This document shows positions 1 through 15,023 of a stretch of 64,000 nt of DNA, in pieces. A program made the position numbers and the translations under genes. The number at the start of each line of letters is the position of its first letter. Position 1 is the first letter of the stretch. Source of the stretch: the human T2T-CHM13v2.0 reference genome, Homo sapiens; the NCBI RefSeq assembly GCF_009914755.1, contig NC_060926.1; one strand, 5' to 3'. Below the pieces are notes generated by a model that ran no database searches, was not told the DNA's origin, and saw nothing but the letters and a program-made list of their open reading frames with translations.

Positions 1-220
1 GTGTGGGTGCCCTGGCGTGTGGGTGCCTGGCGTGTGGGTGCTCTGGCATGTGGGTGCTCTGGTGTACGAGTGCCCTGGTGTGTGGGTGCTCTGGTGTGTG
101 AGTGCCCTGGTGTGTGGGTGCTCTGGTGTGTGGGTGCCCCAATATGTGGGTGCCCCGGTGTACAGGTGCCCCGGTGTACGGGTGCTCTTGTGTGTAGGTG
201 CTCTGGTGCGTGGGTGCTTT
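1..220. repeat. Minisatellite, 16-bp unit GTGTGGGTGCYCTGGY, about 14 copies, cut by the window start
   Basis: Tandem periodicity is directly visible. Confidence 0.9.
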
Positions 221-2847
221 GCTGTATGGATGCTGTGATGTGCAGGTTTATTTTCCAAAAGTTAGGTAAGAACATCACTCAAGATGATTGAGTCTTTTTC
301 TAATTCCAAAGGCACTTTAAGGTTTCAGAGAGCCTTGGATTGTTTAATAGAGAAGACATGGCAGAACATAAACCATAGAAGGTGTCTGAGATGACTGTAA
401 TTTTAAACAAGTTCCTAATATTAATACACTGCAAAATATCATTTAATTTTAATAGAAACAACTTTTACTATTATCTTTCCTTTTTTTCTTTCTCGTTGAA
501 ATGAAGACTTAACATCAAATTCAGCAAAACAGATGAAATCAATTAAAATATAACATGGCGTGCAGGGCAGGCACGGCCTCCTGCCCCTGGGGAGCTGGAG
601 CCCTCACGGAGTCCTGTGTGTGGCTGTGCTTTCTGGGGCTGAGCAGATGAGGTAGCTCAGTTCCCCAGGAATCAGAACCGAGGCGGAGCTGTGCCACCCC
701 AGCCTCCAGGGTGAACAGCAACAGCTCCCTGAAACTGGACGAGCTCCCCAGAGTTCAAGCTACAGAGGTTCCTGCCTCCCCAGGGCATGGAGTCCTCACT
801 GCACTGCTCCCCACCTTGTGGGCCCCAGGCTGCGCTGGCATCTTGCCATTCCCGGGTCTTTGCTGCTGCTGCACTGGCCTCACAGGGCCTGGGCCACTGC
901 CATGTCCTGCCATCCCTGAGTCACTAGTGTGTGGCACCTCATCTCCTGGGCTCTAGTTGCTGCTGTGCCCTGTTGGTTTTGGGTCCAGGATTGCAGCTGT
1001 GCCCTGTATCCCAAGAGCTGAGCTTCTGAAGAACCCCTTATCTCCCAGGGCCATGACAGTGCTATGTCCAGCCCCCCAGGGTCAGAACCAGAGCTAAAAC
1101 CTGGCCCCCCAGGTCTGAACTGCCAGAGTCTGCCTCAGAACAACAGACCCCAGCTTTGTGGACAATCTGAAGCCACCTGAGCCCCAGAGAGTGAATCTGC
1201 ACCTTGAGCACCGGATGCCACAAGGGCTTCACGTCACCCCAGGGCCCTGGTTCCACAGCTGCCCTGTGCACCTGTGCCCTGGATCTCAGTGCCACTGCAG
1301 CTGCTTGTGGGCCGTGTCAGACCCTGCGCTGAGAAAGATCCCCTCAGCTGAGACTCCCCTCTACAGAGAAGACAAAAGTAGTAGGATACATGAAGCCCTT
1401 GCCACCAAGGACCCTAGACTTATGCTGCCACCATCATTGTCCTGAATTCCTGCAGCCTACGCCACTTAGACACCCACAGTCATTCCTGACATTCATTACA
1501 ACTGAAGAACCTGCACAGAGACTATACCCCTGCACCCTGTCCAACCAGCACCCTCAGGCCCATCTGTATGTGAAAATCTTCCCCTACAAAAGGCACTACT
1601 TAAAAATTAGAAGAGATAAGAATCAGATAGCATAAAAAGGAACCAGACAGAAATCTCAAAGCTGAATAACTCAATGAAATCATAAAAAAATTCAGTAGAG
1701 GACTTCAATAGCAGACCTAGATTAAGCAGCAGAAAAAAAAAAATCTGTGAACTTGAAGAGAGGTCTTTTGGAATGACTCATTTGGGGAGGTGAATAGAAA
1801 ACGGAATAAAAATAGTGAAGAAAGCCTGTGGCACTCACAGGAAGCAATCAGATGAAGAAAGTTCTGTATTATGGGACTCAGAAGGAGCAAAAACAGAAAA
1901 AAAGGACAGAAAGGTTATTTAATAAAATAATTACTGAAAACTTGGAAGTTTTCAGTCTTGGGAGAGATATGGGCATTCAATTTCATGAAGCTCAAAGATC
2001 ACCAAACATATTCAACCCAAAGAGGTCTTCATCAAGGATCGTTTTAATCAAAGTGTCAAAAGTCAAAGGCAAAAAAAGGATAATTTTAAATGAAGCAAAA
2101 GTGTCAAGTTGCATATAAAGGAATCTCCATTAGTCTATCAGTGGATTTCTCAGCAGAAAACTTGAAAGCCAGGAAAGAATAGTATGATACCTACAGGGAA
2201 AACAAACAAACACAAAAACCATTAGCTAAGAATTCTGTGCTCAGCAAAGCTGCCCTTCAGAAATGGAGAAAGTAAGTCTTTCCTAGATAAAAAAAAGAAA
2301 AAAGCTGATGGATTTCATAATCACTATGCTTGCTGTATCTGAAATGCTTAAAGGAGTACTTCAAGCAGCTAGAAAAGTGTAATCACTATCACAAATACAC
2401 TTGAAGGTACCAAACTCACGGGTAGAAGGAAGTACGTAGTCAAATTCAGCATAGTCCAGTGTCATCATGGTGGTGTGTAACCCATACATGTCTCCAGTAT
2501 GAAGGTAAAAAGTCAAAACAGTAAAACTAAGGCCATAATAACTTTTTAAGGTATACACAATGTCAAAAGATGCAAATCGTGACATCAAGAACATAAACTG
2601 TGGAGGAGAAGTTAAAGGCTCGTTTTTTTTTTTTTTTTTGTATAAAAAAATGTAAGTTGTCTGCAGCTTAAAATAGTAGACTATAAGATATTTTACATAA
2701 GCTTCATAATATCCACAAAACAACAACAGCAACAAAATGATAGCAGACATACAAAGGGTGAAAATAAAGGAATCAAAGCTGAGCACCACAGAAAATTATC
2801 ACGTTACAAAGGCAGACGAGAGTGGAGGAAAGGGACAGAGGATCTGC

Positions 2848-3495
2848 AAACAACAAAAAAAATAAGAGAATGGCATTGCTCATTTCTTATCTGTCAATAA
2901 TCACCTTGAATATTACAAATAAGAAAATAAGAGAATGACTGGTCATTCCTTTTCTATCAATAATCACTTTGAATATTACAAATAAGAAAATAAGAAAATG
3001 TCATTGGTCATTCTTTATCTATCAATGATCACCTTGAATATTACAAACAACAAGAAAATGAGAAAATGGCATTGATAATTCCTTCTCTATCAATAAACAC
3101 CTTGACTATTACAACAAGAAAATAAGAAAATGGCATTGATCGTTCCTTATCTACCAATAATCACCTTGAATATTACAACAAGAAAATGAGAAAATGGTAT
3201 TGATCATTCTTTCTCTATCAGTAATTACCTTGGATATTCCAAACAAGAAAATAAGAAAATGGCATTTGTCATTCTTTATCAATAATCACCTTGAATATTA
3301 CAAAACAACAAGAGAAGAAAATGGTATTGGTTATTACTTATCTATCAATAATTACTTTGAATATTACAAACAAGAAAATAAGAGAATTGCATTGGTCATT
3401 CCTTATCTATCAATCACCTTGAATATTACCAACAACAAGAAAATGAGAGAATTACATTGGTCATTCCTTATCTATCAATAATCACCTGGAATATA
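2848..3495 (+). repeat. Tandem array of about 10 copies of a ~65-bp unit derived from the L1 inter-ORF/ORF2 start
   Basis: Unit is approximately AAACAAGAAAATAAGAAAATGGCATTGGTCATTCCTTATCTATCAATAATCACCTTGAATATTAC. The last copy runs on into the endonuclease sequence. Confidence 0.9.
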
Positions 3496-4569
3496 AATTG
3501 ATTACATTCTCCCATCAAAAGACATATAGTGGTGAAGTAGACTGAAAAAGAGATGATCCCAACTATATACTGGCTATAAGAGACCCGCTTTATCTTTAAG
3601 GACACACATATATTAAAAGTGAAGATAGGGAAACAATATTCCATGCAAATGGTAGCCAAAAGAGAGAAGGGGTAGTTAAACTTAACATCTGATAAAACAG
3701 ACTTTAAATCAAACCGGTCACAAGAGACAAAGAAGGCCTTTATCTAGTGAAAAGGGGATAATTTATCAGGAGGACATAACAATCATAAACATATATGCAT
3801 CCGACATTGGAGTACTTAAATACATAAAGCAAATATTAATGAACATAAAGAGATAAATACATAGCAATACAACAGTAATAGGGGACTTCAGCACCCCACT
3901 TTCAACAATAGATAGTTCAACTAGACAGAAAATCAATAAGAAAATACAGGACTTGAATTGCACTTTGGGCCAAAAAGACTTATCAGATATATAAAGAACT
4001 TTCCATGCAATAGCAGCAAAATACACATTTTTCTGTAGCACACATGGAACACACACATGGATAGACCATATATTAGGCCATAAAACAAGTCTTAACAAAT
4101 TTTGTATTGCAATTCTGTCTAGTATCATCTCTGACCACATGGAAGGAAACTAAAAATCAGTAACAGGAGGAATCTTGGAAAATTCATAAATAGGTAGAAA
4201 TTAAACAGTATTGCCCTGAACAATCAATGGGTCACAGAAGGAATCAAAAGTGAAATTTGAAAACTATCTATCTTGAGACAAACAACAACAGAAATACAAC
4301 CTACCAGAACTTCTGGGATGCCGCAAAAACAGTTGTGAGAAGGAAATTGATAGTGATAAATACCTACATTAAAACAAAGATCCTAAATAGCCTAACATTA
4401 AGCCTCAAGAAATGAGATAAAGAACAACAAAGTAAACCAAAAGTTTACAGAAGGAAGGAAAGAAGATGAGAACAGAAATAAGTCAAACAGACAATAGTAA
4501 ACAATAAAAAGAATTAGTAAAACTAAGAATTGTTTTTTTAAAAAAAATAAAATTGGCAAACTCTTCATC

Positions 4570-4954
4570 TGTATTAGTCCGTTCTCACGCTGCTATAAAG
4601 AACTGTCTGAGACTGGGTAATTTATATGAAGGAAAGTGTTTGACTCACAGTTCCGCATGGCTGGGGAGGCGTCAGAAGACTTACAATCATAGTAGAAGGT
4701 AAAGGGGAAGCAAGGCACCTTCTTCATAAGGTGGCAGGAAAGAGAATGAAGGCAGGAGGAACTAGCTACCATTTGTAGAACCATCAGACCTTGTGAGAAC
4801 CCACTCAGTATCATGAGAACAGCATGGGGGAAACTGCCCCCATGATCCAATCACCTCCACTTGTTCTCTCCCTTGACACGTGGGGATCAGGGTGATTGCA
4901 GGGATTATAATTGAAGATGAGATTTGGGTGGGAACACAAAGCCTAACCATATTA
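4570..4954 (-). mobile_element. MaLR solo LTR (THE1D/MSTA-like) inserted in the L1
   Basis: Termini TGTATTAGTCCGTTCTCACGCTGCTATAAAG...AACCATATTA. 5-bp TSD TCATC/TAATC. Confidence 0.88.
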
Positions 4955-7349
4955 TAATCTAAGAAACAGAAGTTTCAAATAAATAAAAAAAGTGAAGGCA
5001 TTACCATGGACACCTCAGAAATGAAAGGATCATAAGGGACTATTATGAACTATTATATGCCAGAAAATTGGACTACCTAGAGGAAATGGTTAAATTTGTG
5101 GAAAAATACAACCTGCCAAGTTTGAGTCAGGAAAAAATAGAAAGACTGAACTGACCAAAACCAAATAGGGACATAGAAAAAGTAATCAAATCCTTTCAAC
5201 AAAAGAAAGCATGGGACCAGATGGCTTCATGGCTGAATTATACCAAATATTCAAAGAAGAAATAATATGAATACTTCTCAAACTCTTTCAACAAATAAAT
5301 CTAGAGGGAATAATTATGTATACATTTTTAAAAGCCAGCATCACCGTGACACCTAAGCTGAACAAAGATGTCACTAACAATGAAAACTACAGGCCAATTT
5401 TTCTGATGAACAAATGACAGAAACATTCTCATAATGACTTTAGCAAGCCAAGTCCAACAGCACATTAGAAAGATTACATGTCATGACCAAGTAGGATTCA
5501 TCCATGGCATGTGAGGCCAGTTTAACATTTTCAGATTAACCAATGTGACACATCACATTAACAGACTGATGCAGAAAAATCATTTGACAAAGCCCAATAT
5601 CTATGATAAAAAATCTCACCAGTTCAGGTATAGACAGCATGTTCACAATAAAGCTATTTATGAAAAATTCCTAGCTAGCATTATAATCAATATGAACAAA
5701 CGCTTTAACATTAAGATCCTCTGCAAGACAAGGATGCCCAGTCTTGCCGATTTTATTCAACATGACACTGGAAGTACTTGCAATTAGCAATCAGACAAAA
5801 AAAAAAAAAAAAAAAAGGCATCCGAATAAGAAAGGAAGAAGTAAAGTTATCTATTTGCAGATGGCATGATTCTATTTGTAAAAACCCCAAAGATTCCACA
5901 GAAAAACTGTTAGAACCAATAATTCAGTAAAGTTTCAGGATATGAAATTCATATGCAAAAATTAATAGCATTGTCATACACAAATAATAGCTGAAAAAGA
6001 AATCAAAACAATCCCATTTATTAATGCAAGCATCAGAAAAAAATAAAATATTTAGCAATAAGTATAACCAAGGAGATAAAAGACCTATACAATGAAAACT
6101 GTAAAATATTGATGAAGACAATTCAAAACATTGAAGAAGATACCAATAAATGGAAAGATATTTTGGGCTCATGTCTGGGCTCATCATAATTAATATTGCT
6201 AAAATATCTATGAGCCAAAGTTATATATAGATTCAGTGTAATCCTTATCAAAATCCCAATGACATTTTTCACAGAAACAGAAAAAACAATTCAAATATTC
6301 ATATGGAATCACAAAAGACCCTGAATGGCCAAACAGTTCTAAGAAAAAAAAAGTTGGAGGCATCACACTTTCTGATTTAGATTATATTACTATAGTAATC
6401 AAAACAGTATGGTGTTGGTATAAAAAACAGACACCTACACCAGTGGAGCAGAATAGAAAGCCCAGAAGTAAAACTAAACGTACATGCTCAACTAATTTTG
6501 GACTAAGGGCATCAGGAGGATACAATGGAGAATGTATAGTCTTTTCAATAAATGTTGCTGGGAAAACTGGACTTCCACATGTGAAAGAGTGAAATTGGAC
6601 TCTTGTCTTACACCGTATAGGAAACCTACCAAAAATGGATGAAAGTCTTAACTGTAAGATCAGAAGCCATAAAACTCCTAGAAGAGAACGTTGGAGAAGA
6701 GCTCGTTGATATTGGCCTTGGCAATAATTTCTTGGCTGTCACACCACAACCTCAGACTACAAAAGCACAAATAGATAAATTGGACTACATCAAACTGAAG
6801 TTCCTGCACAGCAAACAAGACCAGCAGCCTATGGATTGGGAAAGTATATTTGCAAAACATGTATCTGATAAGAGGTTAATATTCAAAATTTATGAAGAAT
6901 TCATTCAGGTTAATAGAAGAACAAGTAAACCAATTAAAAATGGGCAAGGCAGATACAGAAAGACAAGCGCCACATGCTCTCACTTATATGTGGAATCTAA
7001 AACAATTGAACTCATGGAAGCAGAGAGTAGAATGATGGTCACAGAAGCTGGGGATTGGAGAATGGGGAGATGATGGTCAGAGGGCACAGACTCTCAGTTG
7101 TGCAGGAAGAATTTTTTTTAAGTTCTATTGCACAGTGTGGCAAAGATAGCTTTTTAATAGATTATTGTACATTTCAGAATTGCTAAGAAAATTATCTTGT
7201 TTTCATTATAAAAACATGTGAAGTATTTGAGGTCATAGATATGTTAACCAGCTTGCTTTCATTATCCCATATTGCATTCATAAATCATAACATTATTTTT
7301 ACCCTGTAAGTTTATATGATTATAAATTGTCAATTACAATTTGAAAATA

Positions 7350-8135
7350 TATAGGGTGGAATATTACTCAGTCTTTTTTTAATTTTTCTCAGACAGAGGC
7401 TTGCTTTGTTGCCCAGGCTGGAGTGCAGTGGTGCGATCTCAGCTCACTACAAGCTCTGCTTCCCAGGTTCATGCCATTCTCCTGCCTCAGCCTCCTGAGT
7501 AGCTGGGACTACAGGTGCTCGCCACCACGCCCGGCTAATTTTTTTTGTATTTTTAGTAGAGACGGGGTTTCATTGTGTTAACCAGGATGGTCTCGATCTC
7601 TTGACCTCATGATCCTCCCACCTTAGCCTCCCAAAATGCTGGGATTACAGGCGTGAGCCACCGCGCCCGGCCTACTCAGTCTTAAAGAAGGAGGAGGTCC
7701 TGCCCTTTGTCACAACAGGGTTGAACCTGGAGGACGCTATGCCAGGGGAAACAAGCCAGACATTAAAGGGAAATACCACATGACCTCACTTATGGGTGGA
7801 ACCTGACGAAAAGGTCAAACACGCAGAGAAGGAGAATAATACAGTGGTCACCAGAAGTGAGGAGATGGTGGTGGGGAGGAATGAGGAGCTGGAGGTCAGA
7901 GGATGCAAAGCCGTGCACAAGTAGGCGAGCGAGTTGAGAGGTCCAGTGCTCAGCATGAGGACTGAAGGTCACACAATCATACCGTGTTGGGGATTCCTGC
8001 TACATTTTAGCTGCTCTTGACACACACAAAACAAAACAAAACAAAAATATGGGTAATCAGGTGAGATGATGGATATGTTAATTTGCTTCACTATAGTAAC
8101 CATTTTACTATCTATAACATCTTTTTGTATGCCTT
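7350..8135 (+). mobile_element. Second L1MA-type 3' end fragment, split by the Alu
   Basis: TGGAATATTACTCAGTCTTAAAG...AACCTGGAGGAC...CACATGACCTCACTTAT...GAGATGATGGATATGTTAATT resembles an L1 ORF2 end and 3' UTR. Confidence 0.75.
7376..7672 (-). mobile_element. Alu (AluY-like)
   Basis: Full dimer in reverse orientation. TSD TACTCAGTCTT at 7365-7375 and 7673-7683. Confidence 0.95.
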
Positions 8136-8935
8136 AGACATACTGTTATTATTAATAGTAACAAAAATCTACTGGACACCCACAGGACATTCACAATTTG
8201 AATCAACACCAGCATTAACCTTCAAATTATGTTAAATAAAACTTTTTATTTAAAAGTCTTCATTTTAATACGCTAAATATTCAGTTACTATAAATAGCTA
8301 CTAAAGTCTGGCTGCTCGAGAGATTTCTTGCATAGCATATTTATTTCATAATATTAAAACTTCATTTCTTCATTTATGAACTTTATTATCAAAGTAGAGA
8401 TTTTTTGTCCTTTTTTAAATCAAGAGTGTGTAACAGGAAGCTGAGTTTTCCTCTCCTCTGTCCCTTCCTCCTGTCCTCCTCTTGCTTCTTCCCTCTCCCT
8501 CCCTTCCTTTGCCTTCAAAGCACCCATGCATTTGTGCATATTTTTATTTGTATCCTTAGGTTTGAAGTTTGCTGCTTTCTTCTAATATCTTGGTGTTAGT
8601 CATTCAAAACCCTTAATAACTACCATACCTCCAAAACAGAATTGTTTTCTAAGATGAGTTATTGTAAATATAAATCACAGAAGGAAAGCATACTTTAGAT
8701 GGACATGCTACTTTTCTTAAAGATTTACAATTAAAGATTTACAGTAAATACATGTCAGCTGTTTTAATTTTGATGTGTGTTTTGCTTAATTTATTCTCAA
8801 TTGAGAAACTTTTTCTCTCGGGGCAAAAAGTAACACATTAGATCAGTTAGTAAATTTCAGAACAGGATATGATGATAGAATGAATGACAGAAGTAGACAG
8901 TAGGGTGTGGTGTACAGGGATAGGGTGAAGCTGTG

Positions 8936-11290
8936 TTTTTTTTAATTAACACATAATTGTACATATTTATGGGGTACATAATGATGCTTCAATACATACA
9001 ATTTATAGTGCTCAGATCAGGATAATTATCATATTCATCATCTCCAACATTTATTATTTCTTTGTGTTGGGAATATTCAATATGCTCTCTTCTAGCCATT
9101 TGAAAATAAACAATATATTATTGCTAACTATCATTATTCTACAGTGCTATAGAACACTAGAAGTATTCCTCCTATCTAGCTGTAACTGTGTATCCTTAAA
9201 AAAATCTCTCCACATCTCTCTTACCTCCTCCCCTTCCCAACATCTAGTAACCTCTATTCTACTCCTTAGTTCTATGAGACCAGCTTCCGCATATGAGTGA
9301 GAACATGCAGTGTTTAACTTCCTGGGCCTGGCTGACTTCACTTAAAGTAATGTCCTACAGGTTCACCCACTCTGCCACGAATGGGAGTGTTTCATTCTGT
9401 GTGTGGCTGAATAGTGCTCCACTGTGTATATACACCACGTTGTCTTTATTCATTCACCTGTTGTGGGACACTTAGCTTTGTTCCGTATCTTGGCTATTGC
9501 AAATATTGCTACAATTAACATGGGGTGCAGATATATCTTTGACATACTGATTTTCTTCCCTTTGGATAAAAGTGGCAGGTTTGCCAGAATCATATGGTAG
9601 TTCTATTTTTAGTTTTTTTGAGAAAGCCCATATTTTTCATGTTGGCTATACCAGTTTACATTACCACCAGCAGTGTGAGTTTCCCTTCCTCTGCACCCTC
9701 ACCAACATTTGTCATTTTTTGGTCTATTTAGTAATAACCATTCTAACCGGGATAAGATAATATCTTATTGTGGTTTTTATTTGCATTGCCCTGATGATTA
9801 GTGATTTTAAGCATTTTTTCATATATTTAGTCATTTTTCTTCTTTTGAGAAATGTCTATTCAGCTGATATGCATACTTTTCAGTAGGATTATTTGTTTTT
9901 TGCTGTCGAGAGATTTGAGTTCCTTGTATATGCTGATATTAATCCTTTGTCAAATGAATAGTTTGAAAATATTTTCTCCCATTCCGTGGCTTGTCTCTTC
10001 ACTCTGTTGTTTCCTTTGCTGTGCAGAACCTTTTTAGTTTGATATATCCCATTTGTTTATTTTTGCTTTTGTTATCTGTGTTTTTGAGGTTTTATACAAT
10101 TTTTTCTCAGACCAGTGTCCAGAACCATTGCCTCTATTTTTATCATCTAGTCGTTTTATAGTTTTGGGTCTTACATTTAGATCTTTGATCTATTTTGAGT
10201 TGATTTTTTATACAAAGTGAGAGATGAGAGTCCAGTTTCCTTCTTCTGCAAGTGAATAGCCAGTTCTCCCAGCACCATTTATTGAAGAGAAAATGTTCTC
10301 AATGTATGTTCTTGGTGCCTTTGTAAAAAAAAAAATCAGTTGTCTGTAGATACATGGATTAATATCTGGGATACTTATCTTGTTTGATTGCTGTATCTAT
10401 TTTTTGCCTGTACCACGTTGCTTTGGTTACTATAGCTTTATAATATAATCTTAGGAAGTGTAATACCTCCAACTTTATTCTTGTTTCTCAGGATTGCTTT
10501 GGCTACTTGGGGCCTCATGTAGTTCTGCGCAAATTTTACAATTTTCTTTTTTATTTCTGTGAAGAATGTCATTGGTATTTTGATAGGGTTTGCATTTAAT
10601 TTTTAGATCGCTTTGGGGAGTATGTTCATATTAACAGTCTTGATTTTTCCAGTCTGTGAACACGTTATGTCATTCCTTTGTGTCATCATCAATTTTTTCT
10701 ATCAGTGTTTCATAGTTTTCCTTGTAGGGATCTTCCATATCCTTGGTTAAATTTATTCCAAGGGGTGTGTGTGTATGTGTGTATGTGTGTGGCTATTGTA
10801 AATGGGATTGGTTTACTGATTTTTTTCAGCAAGTTCATTGTTCGTACTTAGAACACTATTGATTTCTGTACGTTGATTTTGTATTCTGTAACTTTACTGA
10901 ATTCATTTATCAGTGCTAAGAGTTTTTTGGTAGAACCTTTAGGTTTTTCTATACAAGATCATGTCATCTGCAAAAAGGGACAATTTGACTTCCTCTTTTT
11001 CAACTTGGATGTCCTTTATTTATTTCTCTTGCCTAAGTGCTCTAGCTAGGACTTCCAGTACTATGTTGAGTAAGAGTGGTGAGAGTGGGCATCCTTGTTT
11101 TGTTCCAGATTTCAGCTTTTCCATTAAGCATAATGTTAGCTGTGGGTTTGTCATATGTGGCCTTTATTGTTTTGAAGTACTTTTCTTCTGTACCTATTTA
11201 CTGAGAGTTTTTGTCATGAAGAAGTGTTAAATTTTATTAAATGCTTTTTTTTTCTGAATCTATTTAGATGATCATATGGTTTTTAATTTG
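8936..11290 (-). mobile_element. 5'-truncated L1 (L1MA-type), antisense
   Basis: T-rich tail followed by reverse 3' UTR and reverse ORF2 (antisense peptide [13 protein letters not shown] typical of L1). Confidence 0.9.
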
Positions 11291-14200
11291 CCATTCTATA
11301 AGGAATGCAATTTATTCATTTTCGTATACTGTGAATAATGGAATCAAGATTATATCTCGAGTCTATTCATTTCACCATTTGGGGCTGTATAAAGACAAAA
11401 TTGCTTTTTAAAAATGAGCAAAATAATTATATACATTTTATTATACATATGAATACATAAAAAAATTTGAAAAATGTATTCCATGGATTTGAATTTACCT
11501 TTGTGTTATTATGGAAGTTTTCTTCTTTCAACAGGCTTTGCAACATAATGAATATCTGCCTTACACATTTATTCATAACTTTCATTATTTCTCTTTCGTT
11601 TAAGTGATGCCTCCATCAACACAAAATGCACAGTACAGAAATAGTAAGTGTTTGATAAATGAATACAAGCTCTGGTCTCCCTGCTTCTCTCAGACCGTCA
11701 CAGTTTAATCTGAGTTTCCTGTGCCAACTTTCAATATTGTTTATATACTGCCATGATATGGTGGAGGGTGAAAACTGTGTTAGAAACTAGGACTTCTGCT
11801 TGGTGTTTTCTTGTGGACAGGTTCTGCACTGGACTAACAGACACTGGAAATCTTCTCGTCCAGGGCTGATAGCCATCAGCCAGGATGAGAGTGCACAGGG
11901 AATGCTCAGTTTGTCTTTTCACAGCCACTTAATGTGACTTTCTGTTATTCCAGTTGATTTTTTAAAAATGAAATCTGCATTTTTGACTTGGAAACTGTTG
12001 GGAAACAATTCAGTTTATGATTAGGAAATGATTACTCATCTACTTCCAGTGCTGAAGGGGAGATCATACACCTAGGAATAAGTGTCTAGCCTTTCCATCT
12101 TCAGAGAAAAATGTTATACAGCAGAGGAATCGACCTCGAATAAACGACATATACATTTTATGCAGGCCATTTTCAGAAAGTACCAAAAGTGAGATGAGAC
12201 AGTTGGTTCTTGAGATAAGCTAAAGGATTTGCTATTCGTTCATTCATTTTTCTAAGTCTTCTAACAAATGATTTCCTAAGAAAACTACAGGTGGTTCTCA
12301 CTATTTAGCTCCTCTGCAGAACATCCTTCTTTGACGCTGTTTTAGAAAGTCACTGGCCTTTACCAGAAGTCTTTATGATAAATGACAAGATGAAGTTTGT
12401 ATCTGCATGTCCTGCAAACATGCTTTTGAACTCAGTGTCCATTATGGTACATCGTTTCTTTTATATAAAGGTCTATATCATTATTTGAGAATTCCTTCCC
12501 AGGGAAATGTGTCTCTTCTGGTAAATAGACACAAATATACAATTTTGGATAAATTTGGAAATTAATAATTTCATCACGGTTGTCTCATCTGAGACAAACC
12601 ATAGAGCCAAACCATAAAGTCAAATAAGAAGGTCAAGTTTGTGACCGCATTAATTTAACTTTGTATGTATTATTTGTCATTCTAAGTAGTCCTTAATGTT
12701 CCATGTTTTAAATTTAGCAATTGTAATATGCATATAACTTACGGCATTTCACCTTTAATCCTTTTGAAGTGAAACTGGAAACCTCAACCACTTCTGGTTG
12801 TCATGGTGTTGAGTAGGGCTTGGAGGATTTCTGATGAGCTGTGCAATAGACTCTGCCATCAATAATACATCATTGCAAAGTTTATTGAGCCTGGACAATG
12901 TGGCTTCTTATCATCAAGAGAATGCCTTTAAATACCTCTTTAATATTTTATAACATGTCATCTTCATGGAATTTAATATATAAAATATTTGAAGGTGGTG
13001 TTCACAAGTTGTAATAAAAATTCTTGCAGGCCATACATGCACTTAACATTTGTAGGGAGCAAGTCTACTTCTTATTGTAGAGTTCCTGACAATAAGAGTT
13101 ACAGGCAAAAGAACTCATTCATCTTACATTCTTGGCCAAAAAACTTAAAAGCCATATGTGCCTGTCTTATTTTTCTTGCTTGTTTTACACAATATGAGCA
13201 ATGAAAGTATTTCTGAGTCTGTGAGTCTCTGGCTTCCTTTACTGCTTCTCCTGAGTAAATAGGCTGTCACTCATCATGGACATGGACATCCCAGATTCAT
13301 AGATGACATTCTTTGGAGCCATTTGGTGAAGTGACAACATAATTTTTTGCATAATTTTTTCTAGCAAACTCTGAGAATAAACTCACAGTTTAAAAATAGC
13401 AATATGGTTTCCTCAGTTGAATAAAACCAACTAATGTATATGATAAAGAAGATAAATTTTAATTTTTCCTTTCAGATTAATGATATTTTACATAATAAAA
13501 TCTTTTTTTGCATTACAATTTTTCCAGCTAGAAAAATTCAAAAAGAACTGTAACACTGCTGAAATTATTTTAAGAAATGACAATTAAAGTTTTCTTTTTG
13601 ATACATCATCACAGTCGGGCTGGTGGGAACTCCATCTAGATGGCTTGTCCATCCTTTCAACATTTATTCCCTCTCCCCAAGAACTCCTGCAAACATTTTA
13701 TTTTATTTAAAAGAATGTTCCAGGTCCACATTTTTGGAGTAACCTGAGAAAGTCTTGTGCCCAAGTCACAAAGCATGTATTTCTTGCCAAGAGGCTTGAT
13801 TCATTTGCTAGAGTACAGTGTTGGAGATTAAAAACTCTGTGTAGAGAAGCATTTTTCATGGCCCTTCGTGATGAGTCGGTCATCACTGGGTACTCTGCAG
13901 AGGTAAAGAAAGTCTGTTGAAACTTAGGCGTTCACATTGGCACTGTCAATTTAGAGTTTCATTCGCCGCAGATAGCTAAATCCTGCAGCCTATCATCAAT
14001 ACCATAGTAGTTTTTCTATAGTTTTGACTAAATGGTAATAAAAGCAAATTTAATGACCTTTGTTTTATCAGGTAACACAATGTAAATTCAAGCAATGATT
14101 ATAGGATTTATACAGTCAACAGGAGCCCCAGACAAGACACAGCCTTGGGCCAAACTGTAAAGTGTCCTGCTAATGAGATGCAGTCAGCTTTCTGTGGGGT

Positions 14201-14588
14201 TGACGCAGGTTTCCAACTGTAAGACATTCTGGTCTGTTAAGATCACACATGCACTGTCTGATTTATTCCTGGGTGAATTTGCTGAAGTCAGTTTTAATTA
14301 GAAGATGTGTTTTGACTGACAGTTCTTGGTGTCTGTGTTCGGCTAGTGTTTCTTTCTTGGTAGAAACATTTAGGTGCTGGAGTGCTATTCTTTCTTATCA
14401 GGAGGTAAAAAGGCAATTTAAGTTCCAGAGTCATGCTCAGGGGATGGATTCAGCCACACCCTGGCCTGCGGTGTGCAAGCTTCAAGTTGTTTTTGGCAAA
14501 TCCATTTGACTTCCATCCTGTCAGATTATGTATTTTAGTGATATCCTTGGAATCTACAGATCGTTAAAGTGAGCTCTTTTGAAAATGA

Positions 14589-15023
<435 letters not shown>

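Larger units (their letters stand above)
700..7345 (+). mobile_element. Old, near full-length L1 (L1M/L1MA-type) relic: GC-rich 5' region, ORF1 remnants, ORF2 EN/RT remnants, 3' UTR. Interrupted and internally deleted.
   Basis: ORF1-like peptide DMGIQFHEAQRSPNIFNPKRSSSR near 1970-2040. EN-like sequence at 3480-4150. RT and C-terminal remnants (IKLLEENVGEELVDIGLGNNF) near 6660. Many stops and frameshifts. The 5' boundary is approximate. Confidence 0.85.
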
